From a virus (Duplodnaviria > Caudoviricetes): 33,152 bases of DNA. The translations under genes were made by a program, and so were the position numbers. The notes below the pieces were generated by a model. It made no database searches, was not told the DNA's origin, and saw only the letters and a program-made list of their open reading frames with translations. The stretch is taken from positions 1 to 33,152 of IMG/VR virus record IMGVR_UViG_3300036773_000258; one strand, 5' to 3'. Positions within the stretch are counted from its first letter, which is position 1. Each line of letters opens with the position of its first letter. Shown here piece by piece: positions 25,216 to 33,152 of this stretch.

Positions 25216-25640
25216 ACCTGATTCCCATCGACAAGCAGTTTGAAATGATGGAAGGCTCGCGCGAGAAAATCGCAGCGTTGGAGCAAGCCATCATCAATCT
25301 CCCCGCTGAGCAGCGCTTACCCTTCGACAATCGCCACGATTTCTGCCCGGGTGTGTATGCCCGAACTATTTTCATGCCCGCCGGCATGGTGCTCACCAGC
25401 CAGATTCACTTAACACAACACTTCTTCGTGGTGGTGCAGGGCAGTTGCACGGTGGTCGATTCGAACGGCCATCGGCTCTTTATCCAAGCCCCCTACATGG
25501 GGGTCACCATGCCGCACACCAAACGGGCCTTGCATATCCATGAAGATTGCATTTGGACCACCTTCCACGCAACGGACCTCACCGACGTCGAAGCGATAGG
25601 GAAAAAGATCATGGCTCAATCATTCGAGGATGTGTCGTGA
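25212..25640 (+). CDS. Cupin (RmlC-like) domain protein
   Basis: PGVYARTIFMPAG.VLTS.IHLTQHFFVVVQG...TKRAL..HEDCIWTTFH. Confidence 0.75.
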   Translation: MNLIPIDKQFEMMEGSREKIAALEQAIINLPAEQRLPFDNRHDFCPGVYARTIFMPAGMVLTSQIHLTQHFFVVVQGSCTVVDSNGHRLFIQAPYMGVTMPHTKRALHIHEDCIWTTFHATDLTDVEAIGKKIMAQSFEDVS

Positions 25641-26344
25641 CCTGGGGCTTTGTCGCGGGGGCGGCGATTACGGTGGTGGGCGGGGCGATCGCCGGGAATG
25701 CCGCGAAGGGCGCCGCCAATGAACAAGCTCAGAGCGCGCAGAACGCGACCGATGCGCAGTTGCAGATGTTCAATCAGAACCGCACCGATCAGGCGCCCTG
25801 GCGCGAGGCTGGGGGTACGGCCGTCAAGCAGATGAGCACCGGCACTCAACCCGGGGGGCAGTTCGATCAGACCTTTGATGCCTCCAAATTCCAAACAGAC
25901 CCGGGGTATCAGTTTCGATTGGCGCAAGGTCAGCGCGGGGTTGAATCGAGCGCATCCGCACGCGGCGGCGTGCTGTCAGGGTCGGCCTTAAAAGGCATCG
26001 CTCAGTACAACCAGGGATTTGCCTCGAACGAATATCAGAACGCCTACAACCGCTTCAACAACGACCAATCGACCCGCTACAACCGCTTGGCCTCGATCGC
26101 TGGATTGGGTCAGACCTCGGTCGGTCAAACGGGCACCGTAGGAACGGCGGTCGGCGGTCAGATCGGCAGCAACATGATTGGCGCGGGCAATGCGCAAGCC
26201 GCGGGGATCATCGGCCAGTCGAACGCCTATACGGGGGCGCTGCAAACGCTGGGTAATTATTACCAGCAGCGTCAGTACGGCAGTTCCTATGGGGGTTCGG
26301 GAGGTTCGCAGGGCGCGAGCCCCTGGGGCGGGGGTGGCACGTGA
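25637..26344 (+). CDS. DNA ejection protein 1 (gp7-like)
   Basis: GTG 25637; Gly/Ala-rich hydrophobic N-terminus, DPGYQFRL.QG...AS.EY.NAYNR. Confidence 0.8.
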   Translation: MTWGFVAGAAITVVGGAIAGNAAKGAANEQAQSAQNATDAQLQMFNQNRTDQAPWREAGGTAVKQMSTGTQPGGQFDQTFDASKFQTDPGYQFRLAQGQRGVESSASARGGVLSGSALKGIAQYNQGFASNEYQNAYNRFNNDQSTRYNRLASIAGLGQTSVGQTGTVGTAVGGQIGSNMIGAGNAQAAGIIGQSNAYTGALQTLGNYYQQRQYGSSYGGSGGSQGASPWGGGGT

Positions 26345-27753
26345 GCGAAGTCGACGCGTCGATTCCACTGCAAGCGAAAGGGATTCAGCTTGAAGATCCA
26401 ATGACGCTGCGGGCGAAAGGCCTGCAGTTGCGTCAGTTGGGGCTGCAGACGGCGGGCGCGCAGCGTGATTACGACAATCAGACCAAACTAGCCGATTTGT
26501 ACAAGCAGAACATCGGTGCCGATGGCTCGGTCAATCATCAAGCGATTATGGCGGGCATGGCGCAGTCTGGGTTGGGTGCGCAGATCCCGGCCTATCAGAA
26601 ATCCTTGCTCGATGTCACCAAGACGGGTGCGGATATTGGCCACGTCCAGGCGCAGACCGGGGAGGCGAATGCCAATACTCAGTCGAAGCAACTGGAGACC
26701 ACGTTAAAAAATGTGCAGAACGTCGGCCAGCACATTTACGCGCTCTCGCAAACTCCAGGGCTGACCCACGATCAAGCCTTCTCGGCCATTAACGATTGGG
26801 TGAATCAGGGCGTCATCGACCCCAATCAAGGCGCCCAGATCGCGCGTAACTTACCGGGCGATCCGGTGCAGTTGAAAGCCTACATGCAGCAAAAGGCGGT
26901 TGAAGGGCAGGGAATAGAGCAGCAGATACAGACCAAATTGGCGAGCATGCCGAAGTACGAATACAAGAATACCGGGGGCTCGCAGACGCCGGTGGATATC
27001 AATCCGCTCACCAATCCCACACCGCAGCCGTTGCGAAATACTGTCGCACCCGATACCGCCGCAACCATCAGCAAGGATTATGCCGTTGCGGGATTGAATC
27101 CCGATGGCACGCCGGGAACGGCGAATGATGCGCTCGTCAAGATGATCGGCGAGAACCGCATCGTGCCGAGCGACCGCTTAGAATCCACGCCTCGAGGCCA
27201 GGCCATTCTCTCGTCCGTGGAAGCCAAGTACCCAGGATACGACCGGTCCACCGCACAAGCGAAGGTCGCGGCCGCACGGGACTTCACCGTCGGTAAAGAT
27301 GCGGCGATGTTGCGTTCGATCGGCACCGCGACCAAGCATCTCGACATGCTCGACGGCCTCGTGGGCGCTCTCGATAACGGCAACACGCCGCTGTTCAATA
27401 AGCTGGCGAATGCAGTCGGCGCTCAGACCGGCAGCACCGCGCCGGGTAACTTCGATGCGGCGAAGGATATCGTCGGCAAGGAAGTGATCAAGGGCATTGT
27501 CGCCGGCGGCGGCGGGGTGGATGAGCGCAAGGAAGCCTCCACAGCCTTGAGCAATGCCAAAACCCCGGCCCAGCTGCGGGGCGTCATCGCCACCTACAAA
27601 GCGATCATGGGCGCGCAGCATGAATCGCTCCTGCAGCAGCGCGATGCCGCGGGCCTGCCGCGCTCGACCTTGCCGGATTACACCGAGGGGGCGGGACAAT
27701 CCACCGTGCCTCCTGACATCGCGGCGATCCTCGCGAAGCACGGCGGCAAGTAG
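26341..27753 (+). CDS. DNA ejection protein 2 (gp20 position)
   Basis: 470 aa, Gln/Ala-rich helical; synteny. Confidence 0.65.
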   Translation: MSEVDASIPLQAKGIQLEDPMTLRAKGLQLRQLGLQTAGAQRDYDNQTKLADLYKQNIGADGSVNHQAIMAGMAQSGLGAQIPAYQKSLLDVTKTGADIGHVQAQTGEANANTQSKQLETTLKNVQNVGQHIYALSQTPGLTHDQAFSAINDWVNQGVIDPNQGAQIARNLPGDPVQLKAYMQQKAVEGQGIEQQIQTKLASMPKYEYKNTGGSQTPVDINPLTNPTPQPLRNTVAPDTAATISKDYAVAGLNPDGTPGTANDALVKMIGENRIVPSDRLESTPRGQAILSSVEAKYPGYDRSTAQAKVAAARDFTVGKDAAMLRSIGTATKHLDMLDGLVGALDNGNTPLFNKLANAVGAQTGSTAPGNFDAAKDIVGKEVIKGIVAGGGGVDERKEASTALSNAKTPAQLRGVIATYKAIMGAQHESLLQQRDAAGLPRSTLPDYTEGAGQSTVPPDIAAILAKHGGK

Positions 27754-29810
27754 TGCCGACTCAAGACGAGATCTACACCGCCATCAGGAACGCCGACAAA
27801 GCGGGTGATTCGGATAGCGTGCGCAAGTTAGGCGCCTATCTGCAGACGATGCAGATGCTCCCGAAGCCCGCAGCGCCGCCGCCGCTCGATCCGACCGAGG
27901 GCATGAGTGGCGCGGACAAGTTCTTTGCCGGTGTGGGCAAGGGCATGACCGATGTGGTTCGGGGTGTGGGGCAGGTGGCCCGACACGTCTTACCCACCTC
28001 GGTGGCGGATGCCATTGGCGCGCCAACTCAAGCGGATATCGATAATGCCAAAGAACGCGATGCGCCCTTGATGCGCAGCGGCGCGGCCGTTTCGGGGGAT
28101 ATCACCGGTAGCATTGCAGCGGCCGTTCCCGCCATGTTCATCCCCGGTGCTGGCACGTTGGGCGGTGCGGCGGCGATCGGTGCAGGTTTAGGCGCAGTCC
28201 AACCCGTCGCGAGCGATGAATCCCGCCTCATGAACACCGCTGTGGGCGGCCTAGCCGGCGCGGGCGGTGTGGTGGCAGGAAGGGTGGCGGGCGCCCTATG
28301 GAAGGGCGGTAAAGCGCTCATAGAGCCGTTCACGGAAAGGGGTCGACAGAATATCGCGGGGCGCACGCTAGACCGCTTTGGGGTGAAGCCTCAAGATGTC
28401 GCCAATGTCTCGAATGCCCCGACTATCACTGGTGCTAAGCCTACCCTTGCTGAAGCGATTCAGGACCCTGAAGGCGCTGCAGCTGCTGCTCGTTTACAGG
28501 ATTCTCTAGGCAGCGTCGATCCGAATATCCGGGGCGCGATCGATGCGCGTGCGGGGCAGAACAACGCCGCGCGCGTCGCCACGTTGCAGGACTTGGCCGG
28601 TACCAATGGCGCGCGAGATGCCGCGGTAGCGGCTAGAGAGAAAGTCGCCAACCAACTCTATGGCAATGCTCGGGCGCAAGGTGCAGACGCATCAGCCGTC
28701 TCAGACCTCAATTCTAGGTTGCAGGCCGAGGGCGCCAAAGTCCTTCGTGAGCATGTGGAGCAACTGCGCGCCGATTCTGGCTTCGACCCCTACAGTGGCG
28801 CGGCTGGCAACAAGAACACGTCCGACATCGCCAAGTCGATGGACATCAATTCGAAGGCGGCCGATGAGTTTCAGGCCGCGTCCGTCAATAAGGGCAAAGG
28901 CTATATCGGTGGCGTCGACATCAGCGACCTGCTCTCTCGCCCAGCGCTGCGAGATGCCATTGGTGGGGCCAGCCGAACCGCCGCAGATTTTGGCGAGAGC
29001 ATCAGTTCCGCGAACCCAGTCTCGGTCCTGCATTACGCCAAGATGGGCCTCGATGGCCAAATCAGCGAGGCGGTGAGAGCGGGAAACAACACCAAGGCCG
29101 CGAGTCTCATGAGTGCACGGCAAGCGCTCTTAGGTCGGCTCGAGGAAATCTCACCAACCTATAAGCAAGCCTCGCAAACCTATGCCGATATGTCGAAGCC
29201 CATCAACCAGATGGACGTCGCGCAGCAGGTATTGACCAAGGGTACCGCCAACACCACGGACCTCTCTGGTACGCCGCGCATTATGCCGAATGCGATCACC
29301 GGTCAGATGAAGGATGAAGGGCGATTGATCCAAAGCGCGACCGGGCGCAATGGCACGAAGCTGGCTGATCTGCTCGACCCAGATCAACTGACGCGTCTGC
29401 AGGCGGTGGCTGATGAAGCAGATAAGTCAGCGGCGGTGGCGCGCGCTGGCAATGGGCCTGGGAGTGCGACGGCACAGCGTTTAGCCAGCGGCAACATCTT
29501 GCGCCAAGTCATTGGACCCACGGGACTGCCGCACTCGTGGGCGGAATCGACCCTGCTGCATTCGCTCATGCGCCCGGTGCAGTTTGCCTATAACGGGGTG
29601 GCGGAGCCGAAGATCCAGCAGACGCTCGCCGATCTCATCTTGAACCCCGAGAAGGCGAAAGCAGCGTTGGCGACATTGCAACCCGCGGCGCGCACCAAGC
29701 TATCAGCGCTCTTGAGAAGCCCCTCACTACAGCAAGCGGCTAAGTCTTTGGCACCGGCAACGGCTTTGGATGATCCGTCAGCGAAGTCGTTTGAACAGAA
29801 GGCGTTTTAG
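27753..29810 (+). CDS. DNA ejection protein 3 (gp16 position)
   Basis: 685 aa, Gly/Ala-rich membrane-like stretch then helical body; synteny. Confidence 0.65.
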   Translation: MPTQDEIYTAIRNADKAGDSDSVRKLGAYLQTMQMLPKPAAPPPLDPTEGMSGADKFFAGVGKGMTDVVRGVGQVARHVLPTSVADAIGAPTQADIDNAKERDAPLMRSGAAVSGDITGSIAAAVPAMFIPGAGTLGGAAAIGAGLGAVQPVASDESRLMNTAVGGLAGAGGVVAGRVAGALWKGGKALIEPFTERGRQNIAGRTLDRFGVKPQDVANVSNAPTITGAKPTLAEAIQDPEGAAAAARLQDSLGSVDPNIRGAIDARAGQNNAARVATLQDLAGTNGARDAAVAAREKVANQLYGNARAQGADASAVSDLNSRLQAEGAKVLREHVEQLRADSGFDPYSGAAGNKNTSDIAKSMDINSKAADEFQAASVNKGKGYIGGVDISDLLSRPALRDAIGGASRTAADFGESISSANPVSVLHYAKMGLDGQISEAVRAGNNTKAASLMSARQALLGRLEEISPTYKQASQTYADMSKPINQMDVAQQVLTKGTANTTDLSGTPRIMPNAITGQMKDEGRLIQSATGRNGTKLADLLDPDQLTRLQAVADEADKSAAVARAGNGPGSATAQRLASGNILRQVIGPTGLPHSWAESTLLHSLMRPVQFAYNGVAEPKIQQTLADLILNPEKAKAALATLQPAARTKLSALLRSPSLQQAAKSLAPATALDDPSAKSFEQKAF

Positions 29811-29918
29811 CTTGTTCTCCGGCATCCACCACCACAGTGCCCGGGCGATCAAAAACCCGGGCAGAAACAGTAGCAGCGCAACAAAGGGGCGCAGGAACAT
29901 GGTCAGAAATAACGTCAT
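29778..29918 (-). CDS. 46-aa antisense membrane peptide (not in ORF track)
   Basis: MTLFLTMFLRPFVALLLFLPGFLIARALWWWMPENKLKRLLFKRLR; fills the gap between ejection gene 3 and the tailspike. Confidence 0.7.
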   Translation of the reverse strand: MTLFLTMFLRPFVALLLFLPGFLIARALWWWMPENKLKRLLFKRLR

Positions 29919-29930
29919 GGGATACGCATA

Positions 29931-32435
29931 ATGGCCGTTTTACTCCCCGAAGGGAAACAATCCTACGAAACCGCTGCTGGCATCCCGCTCGTGGGCGGCC
30001 AAATCTTCACCTACGATGTGGGCACCACCAATCCGCGCATCACGTGGTCCGATGCCGCGCAGAGCAATCCCAATCTCAACCCGGTCGTGCTCGATGCGCG
30101 CGGTGAGGCAGTTATTTTTTGGTCCGGCGACTACACCGTCACCCTGACAGACGCGTTGGGCAATCAGATTTGGTCGGTCGATAACATCGACTCGAACACC
30201 GCCTCGCTATTCGATAATTACTCGATCGATTCAGGCATTGCCAATGCCTACATCGCAAATGGCGGCATCCCGACGAGTGCGTTGGTTGCAGGATTGAAGG
30301 TCGCGCTCAAAGTCAATGCCACGAACACCGGTCCCTCGACCCTCAACTATGGCGGCCTCGGGATCAAGGATGTATTCGTCAATGGGGTACCGCTGGTAGG
30401 TGCGGAGATCCGCGCCGGCAACATCTATCTCTTTGAGTACGATGGCCTCAATTTCCAATTGTTGAATCCAACCTTTGGCTACCCGCAGACGGCGGCCGAA
30501 GTGATCGCGGGCGTGCTGCCCGCCAACATGAAGTACCAGGAATTGGATCCACGCCGCTATGGCGCGGTGGGCGATGGTGTCACGGTCGACACGACAGCTA
30601 TTAATATTTGGGCCGGTGTCATTAATGCCTCGGTCAATCCGGTCTCGCATTGGCCCTCGGGGCTCACCTTTATGTGCGGGCCCATCGTGCCTTCGTATCT
30701 ACCCGCCCAGAATATCTTGGGTGTCTATGCCGGGGTGACGCCCATCGCCAATAGCTTCACCTGGATTTGTTGGTCGACGATCAAGTCGATTGCCAACAGC
30801 ATCACCGGGGTGCTGTGTTGGCTGCAAATCAATGCAGCGACGGTGCGAATTCAGGGCTTGACGATGGACGGTAACGCATCGGCCTATGCGGGCCCCGCGG
30901 GCAATGCCTCCCTGCTGGTGGACTTGACCACGGACTTGCTGCTCGATGACTGTTCGATCATCAACGGTCCGGGTAAGGGTGTGCTTTTTCAGCAGACCGT
31001 CAATGCTCGGGTGAGCAATTGCCACTTCGATAATAACGGCCATGCGGGCGGCGGGAGTGGCATCGAGACCAATCGCGCGACGTATTTGAAATTCGTGAAC
31101 TGCACCTTCAATTTGAACGGCTTTGGCTCGGTGCTGCGGTTTCGCTCCAATCACATCGACTTTACCAACTGCGAGTGTCAGCAGAACACTCACGATGGCT
31201 TCAACACCAACCAGGGCAGCTATGCGATCAAGTACATCGGCTGCGTTGCGTGGATGAATGGCGATGGCGGCTACACGATCGCTTCCGATCAGACGAGTAC
31301 CGGCATTCCCGGTGAGGCAGAAGCTTGCTACGACTTGGAATACACCGACAGCGAAGCGTACAACAATGCTTCCAGTGGCATTGCCGCCTATACGCCCTGC
31401 TATAACGTCACCGTCACGAGTGGCCGCTACTACAACAATAATCATATTGCAGGCTCCATCGCAACGCAGTCCTCGTTCCTGAATGGCATCTACATTGCCG
31501 CGGGTTCTCAAGGGATCAAGATCCGCACCAAAGCCTATGATGATCGGCAGTTGTGTCCAGTCACCGCGCAATCGGGCGGAGTTGTCACGGCGACGGGCTG
31601 GCTTCCCGGCACGATGGCGAATTACCCCAAGGTCGCGCTCTATAACGCAAGTCTCGTGTTTCAGGGCTGGGGCACTATTACGGCCGAATCCGCCGGGAGC
31701 GTAAATGTCGCGACGGTTGCCAATAACGGCGTGACGGTGAGCAACATCATTGCCGGCTGGTTCATCTCGCAGCGCGTACAACACAATGGGGTGTTTCTCG
31801 ATAACAACGTGCAAGGCAGTGCCGATGTCGATGGCTTTGGGTTTCTACCGGGTCCTTACACCTTTACCGGCTTTAAGACCATCTCGGGCTTTACCAACAA
31901 CGGGCAGAATATCTTGTTGCCGGCGGCGACCCTGGACTATACCGAACTACTCGCCAATCCCACCTTCGATTCGGTCATCACCAGTTGGACCTATAGCCTG
32001 GTGGGCGGTGGAACCTCAACGCTCTATACCACACCCGGCGCGCAGTTAAAAAGCGTGGGTGCATTGCAGTTGGTCGGTGGGTCTTCTGCTGCATTAGCGG
32101 ATGCCTCTCTGATCGCGAGCGGAGTCAATTATCTACAGGGCGCGTGGGTGGAGGCATCGGTGTGGTGTTATGCGATTGCCCCGGGCGATGCGCAGCTCAT
32201 CATGATTTGGAATGTGGCATCGAGCGGCAATTTAACGACCGTCATCAATCATCCGGGCGGTGGATCGAAGCTACTCAAGATCGGCGCTTACATCCCGCAG
32301 AACACCACCTGCACGTTGCGATTGGTCTCGGCGATCGGCAAAACCAATTACTTCGACAGTGCGAGTTTACGGGTCAAGACCGAGTCATACGACAATCGCG
32401 ATTTCCTCTATCCGTCCCGGAACCTTCCGGTCTAG
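29931..32435 (+). CDS. Tailspike with N-terminal virion-binding domain and right-handed beta-helix (putative depolymerase)
   Basis: G.PL.GG.IFTY..GTT.P...NPVVLDARGEA N-terminus; DPRRYGAVGDGVTVDTTAI cap; NC.F..N repeats. Confidence 0.85.
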   Translation: MAVLLPEGKQSYETAAGIPLVGGQIFTYDVGTTNPRITWSDAAQSNPNLNPVVLDARGEAVIFWSGDYTVTLTDALGNQIWSVDNIDSNTASLFDNYSIDSGIANAYIANGGIPTSALVAGLKVALKVNATNTGPSTLNYGGLGIKDVFVNGVPLVGAEIRAGNIYLFEYDGLNFQLLNPTFGYPQTAAEVIAGVLPANMKYQELDPRRYGAVGDGVTVDTTAINIWAGVINASVNPVSHWPSGLTFMCGPIVPSYLPAQNILGVYAGVTPIANSFTWICWSTIKSIANSITGVLCWLQINAATVRIQGLTMDGNASAYAGPAGNASLLVDLTTDLLLDDCSIINGPGKGVLFQQTVNARVSNCHFDNNGHAGGGSGIETNRATYLKFVNCTFNLNGFGSVLRFRSNHIDFTNCECQQNTHDGFNTNQGSYAIKYIGCVAWMNGDGGYTIASDQTSTGIPGEAEACYDLEYTDSEAYNNASSGIAAYTPCYNVTVTSGRYYNNNHIAGSIATQSSFLNGIYIAAGSQGIKIRTKAYDDRQLCPVTAQSGGVVTATGWLPGTMANYPKVALYNASLVFQGWGTITAESAGSVNVATVANNGVTVSNIIAGWFISQRVQHNGVFLDNNVQGSADVDGFGFLPGPYTFTGFKTISGFTNNGQNILLPAATLDYTELLANPTFDSVITSWTYSLVGGGTSTLYTTPGAQLKSVGALQLVGGSSAALADASLIASGVNYLQGAWVEASVWCYAIAPGDAQLIMIWNVASSGNLTTVINHPGGGSKLLKIGAYIPQNTTCTLRLVSAIGKTNYFDSASLRVKTESYDNRDFLYPSRNLPV

Positions 32436-32443
32436 GAGCATCC

Positions 32444-32536
32444 ATGGAACCCATCGGCTGGTTTGAGCGCTACTTGACTGTGTGGATTGCGATTGGCGTG
32501 GTGACGCTGGTCGCGATCGTGTGGCACCTGGTATGA
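32444..32536 (+). CDS. 30-aa single-TM peptide (holin/antiholin candidate)
   Basis: AGGAG RBS; MEPIGWFERYLTVWIAIGVVTLVAIVWHLV; ATGA overlap with endolysin. Confidence 0.6.
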   Translation: MEPIGWFERYLTVWIAIGVVTLVAIVWHLV

Positions 32537-32940
32537 GCGCCAGTCGCAGCCTGGATGATTTGGATCCGAGGTTCAGGCCCTCCGTCGATGCGTTCGTCAT
32601 GGCGTGCGCGGCGCAGAATCTCGAGGTGCTCATCTACTGCACCTATCGGCCGAACGCGGATCAGGACGTGCTCTACGCTCAAGGCCGCACCGCACCGGGG
32701 CATATCGTGACCAACGCACGCGCTGGCCAGAGCGCGCACAACTACCGGCTCGCCTTCGATGGCTGTCCGGTGCTCCATGGCAAGCCGATGTGGAACGAGC
32801 CGCTCTTGGGGCCGCACTGGGAGCTGTATGGGAAGATCGCGACCGACTGCGGCATGGAGTGGGGCGGCGCGTGGCACGGCTTTGTGGAAGGGCCGCACGT
32901 GCAAATGGCGAACTGGAAGCAAGTGGCGGGGGTCCTGTGA
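32533..32940 (+). CDS. Endolysin, M15 family (L-Ala-D-Glu type) peptidase
   Basis: TYR...Q..LYAQGRT.PG.IVTNARAGQSAHNY.LAFD...EWGG.W...EGPHVQ. Confidence 0.9.
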   Translation: MSASRSLDDLDPRFRPSVDAFVMACAAQNLEVLIYCTYRPNADQDVLYAQGRTAPGHIVTNARAGQSAHNYRLAFDGCPVLHGKPMWNEPLLGPHWELYGKIATDCGMEWGGAWHGFVEGPHVQMANWKQVAGVL

Positions 32941-33152
32941 GCGGCGAAGGTCTCGCTGCCGTAATCGCCTCGGTCGCCACCCTCGCGACGGCCTTGGGTA
33001 ACGTGCTGCTGCAGCTGCGCCAGACACGGAAGATCGATGAGAATACCGCGGTCACTAAGGATACTGCGGCCAAAATCGAAGTGGTCCATGCAGCAACCAC
33101 AGCGATTGTCGAAGCCACCGGCACGCACCAGATCCTGCCGCATGACGGATGA
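32937..33152 (+). CDS. Holin-like single-TM protein, 71 aa
   Basis: GTG overlapping the endolysin stop; GLAAVIASVATLATALGNVLL TM segment. Confidence 0.55.
   Translation: MSGEGLAAVIASVATLATALGNVLLQLRQTRKIDENTAVTKDTAAKIEVVHAATTAIVEATGTHQILPHDG

Larger units (their letters stand above)
1..33152. mobile_element. Temperate phage/prophage, lambdoid regulatory layout with P22-like podovirus structural module (partial)
   Basis: Divergent cI/cro switch, replication genes, TerS/TerL, P22-like portal/scaffold/coat/gp4/gp10, ejection proteins, tailspike and endolysin in canonical order; no host housekeeping genes seen. Confidence 0.95.

Noticed and set aside
29838-29863. TGCCCGGG-N10-CCCGGGCA hairpin as a terminator
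   Set aside because: No following U-tract on either strand, and it lies inside the antisense peptide ORF; may still be an RNA structure
12229-31814. Long opposite-strand ORFs such as 12229-12936, 27178-27741 and 30699-31814
   Set aside because: They are antisense shadows of strong GC-rich genes, with no motifs or RBS
32444-32536. FERYLTVW resembles the Acr3 arsenite transporter N-terminus
   Set aside because: The match is only about 8 residues in a 30-aa peptide with lysis-cassette context and no further transporter sequence; probably coincidence
1-33152. Diversity-generating retroelement, retron or integrase
   Set aside because: No reverse transcriptase or recombinase motifs in any ORF, and no adenine-specific template/variable repeat pair noticed
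1-33152. Stop-codon recoding or tRNA genes
   Set aside because: Genes are full length under the standard bacterial code with all three stops used; no cloverleaf-like sequence was seen in the short intergenic gaps

Overview
This window is most of a temperate, lambdoid-organised phage or prophage genome with a P22-like (podovirus) virion module; both ends are truncated and no integrase or att site is visible. The left arm (1-4339, minus strand) is a translationally coupled early operon. It carries a tetrapeptide-repeat (DUF6745-like) protein with a His-motif partner, two Cys-rich small proteins, a DnaQ/RNase H-like exonuclease, a putative ssDNA-binding/annealing protein, a RecE-like PD-(D/E)XK protein and several small ORFs. 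A cI/cro switch with five 14-bp operators lies at 4367-5221. The right early region has a cII-position RHH protein, a DUF1376-type replication initiator with iteron-like repeats, a putative helicase loader, a Tad1-like immune-signal sponge, an HExxH metallopeptidase, a VRR-NUC nuclease and a small HTH protein. The late region runs TerS, TerL, GNAT, portal, three large glycan-binding/fibre-like genes inserted in the head module, scaffold, coat, decoration, gp4/gp10-like tail hub, cupin, three ejection proteins, an antisense membrane peptide, tailspike and M15 endolysin with holin-like genes. The clearest unannotated signal is a 23-bp dyad plus a -10 box at identical 22-bp spacing upstream of both terS and scaffold, probably an activator-dependent late promoter class. 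Other notable points are a 10-bp-phased GGGA array, a possible capsid-anchor domain shared by two proteins, and single substitutions in conserved motifs of the RecE-like and Tad1-like proteins. All family assignments come from motif recognition by eye, not database searches.
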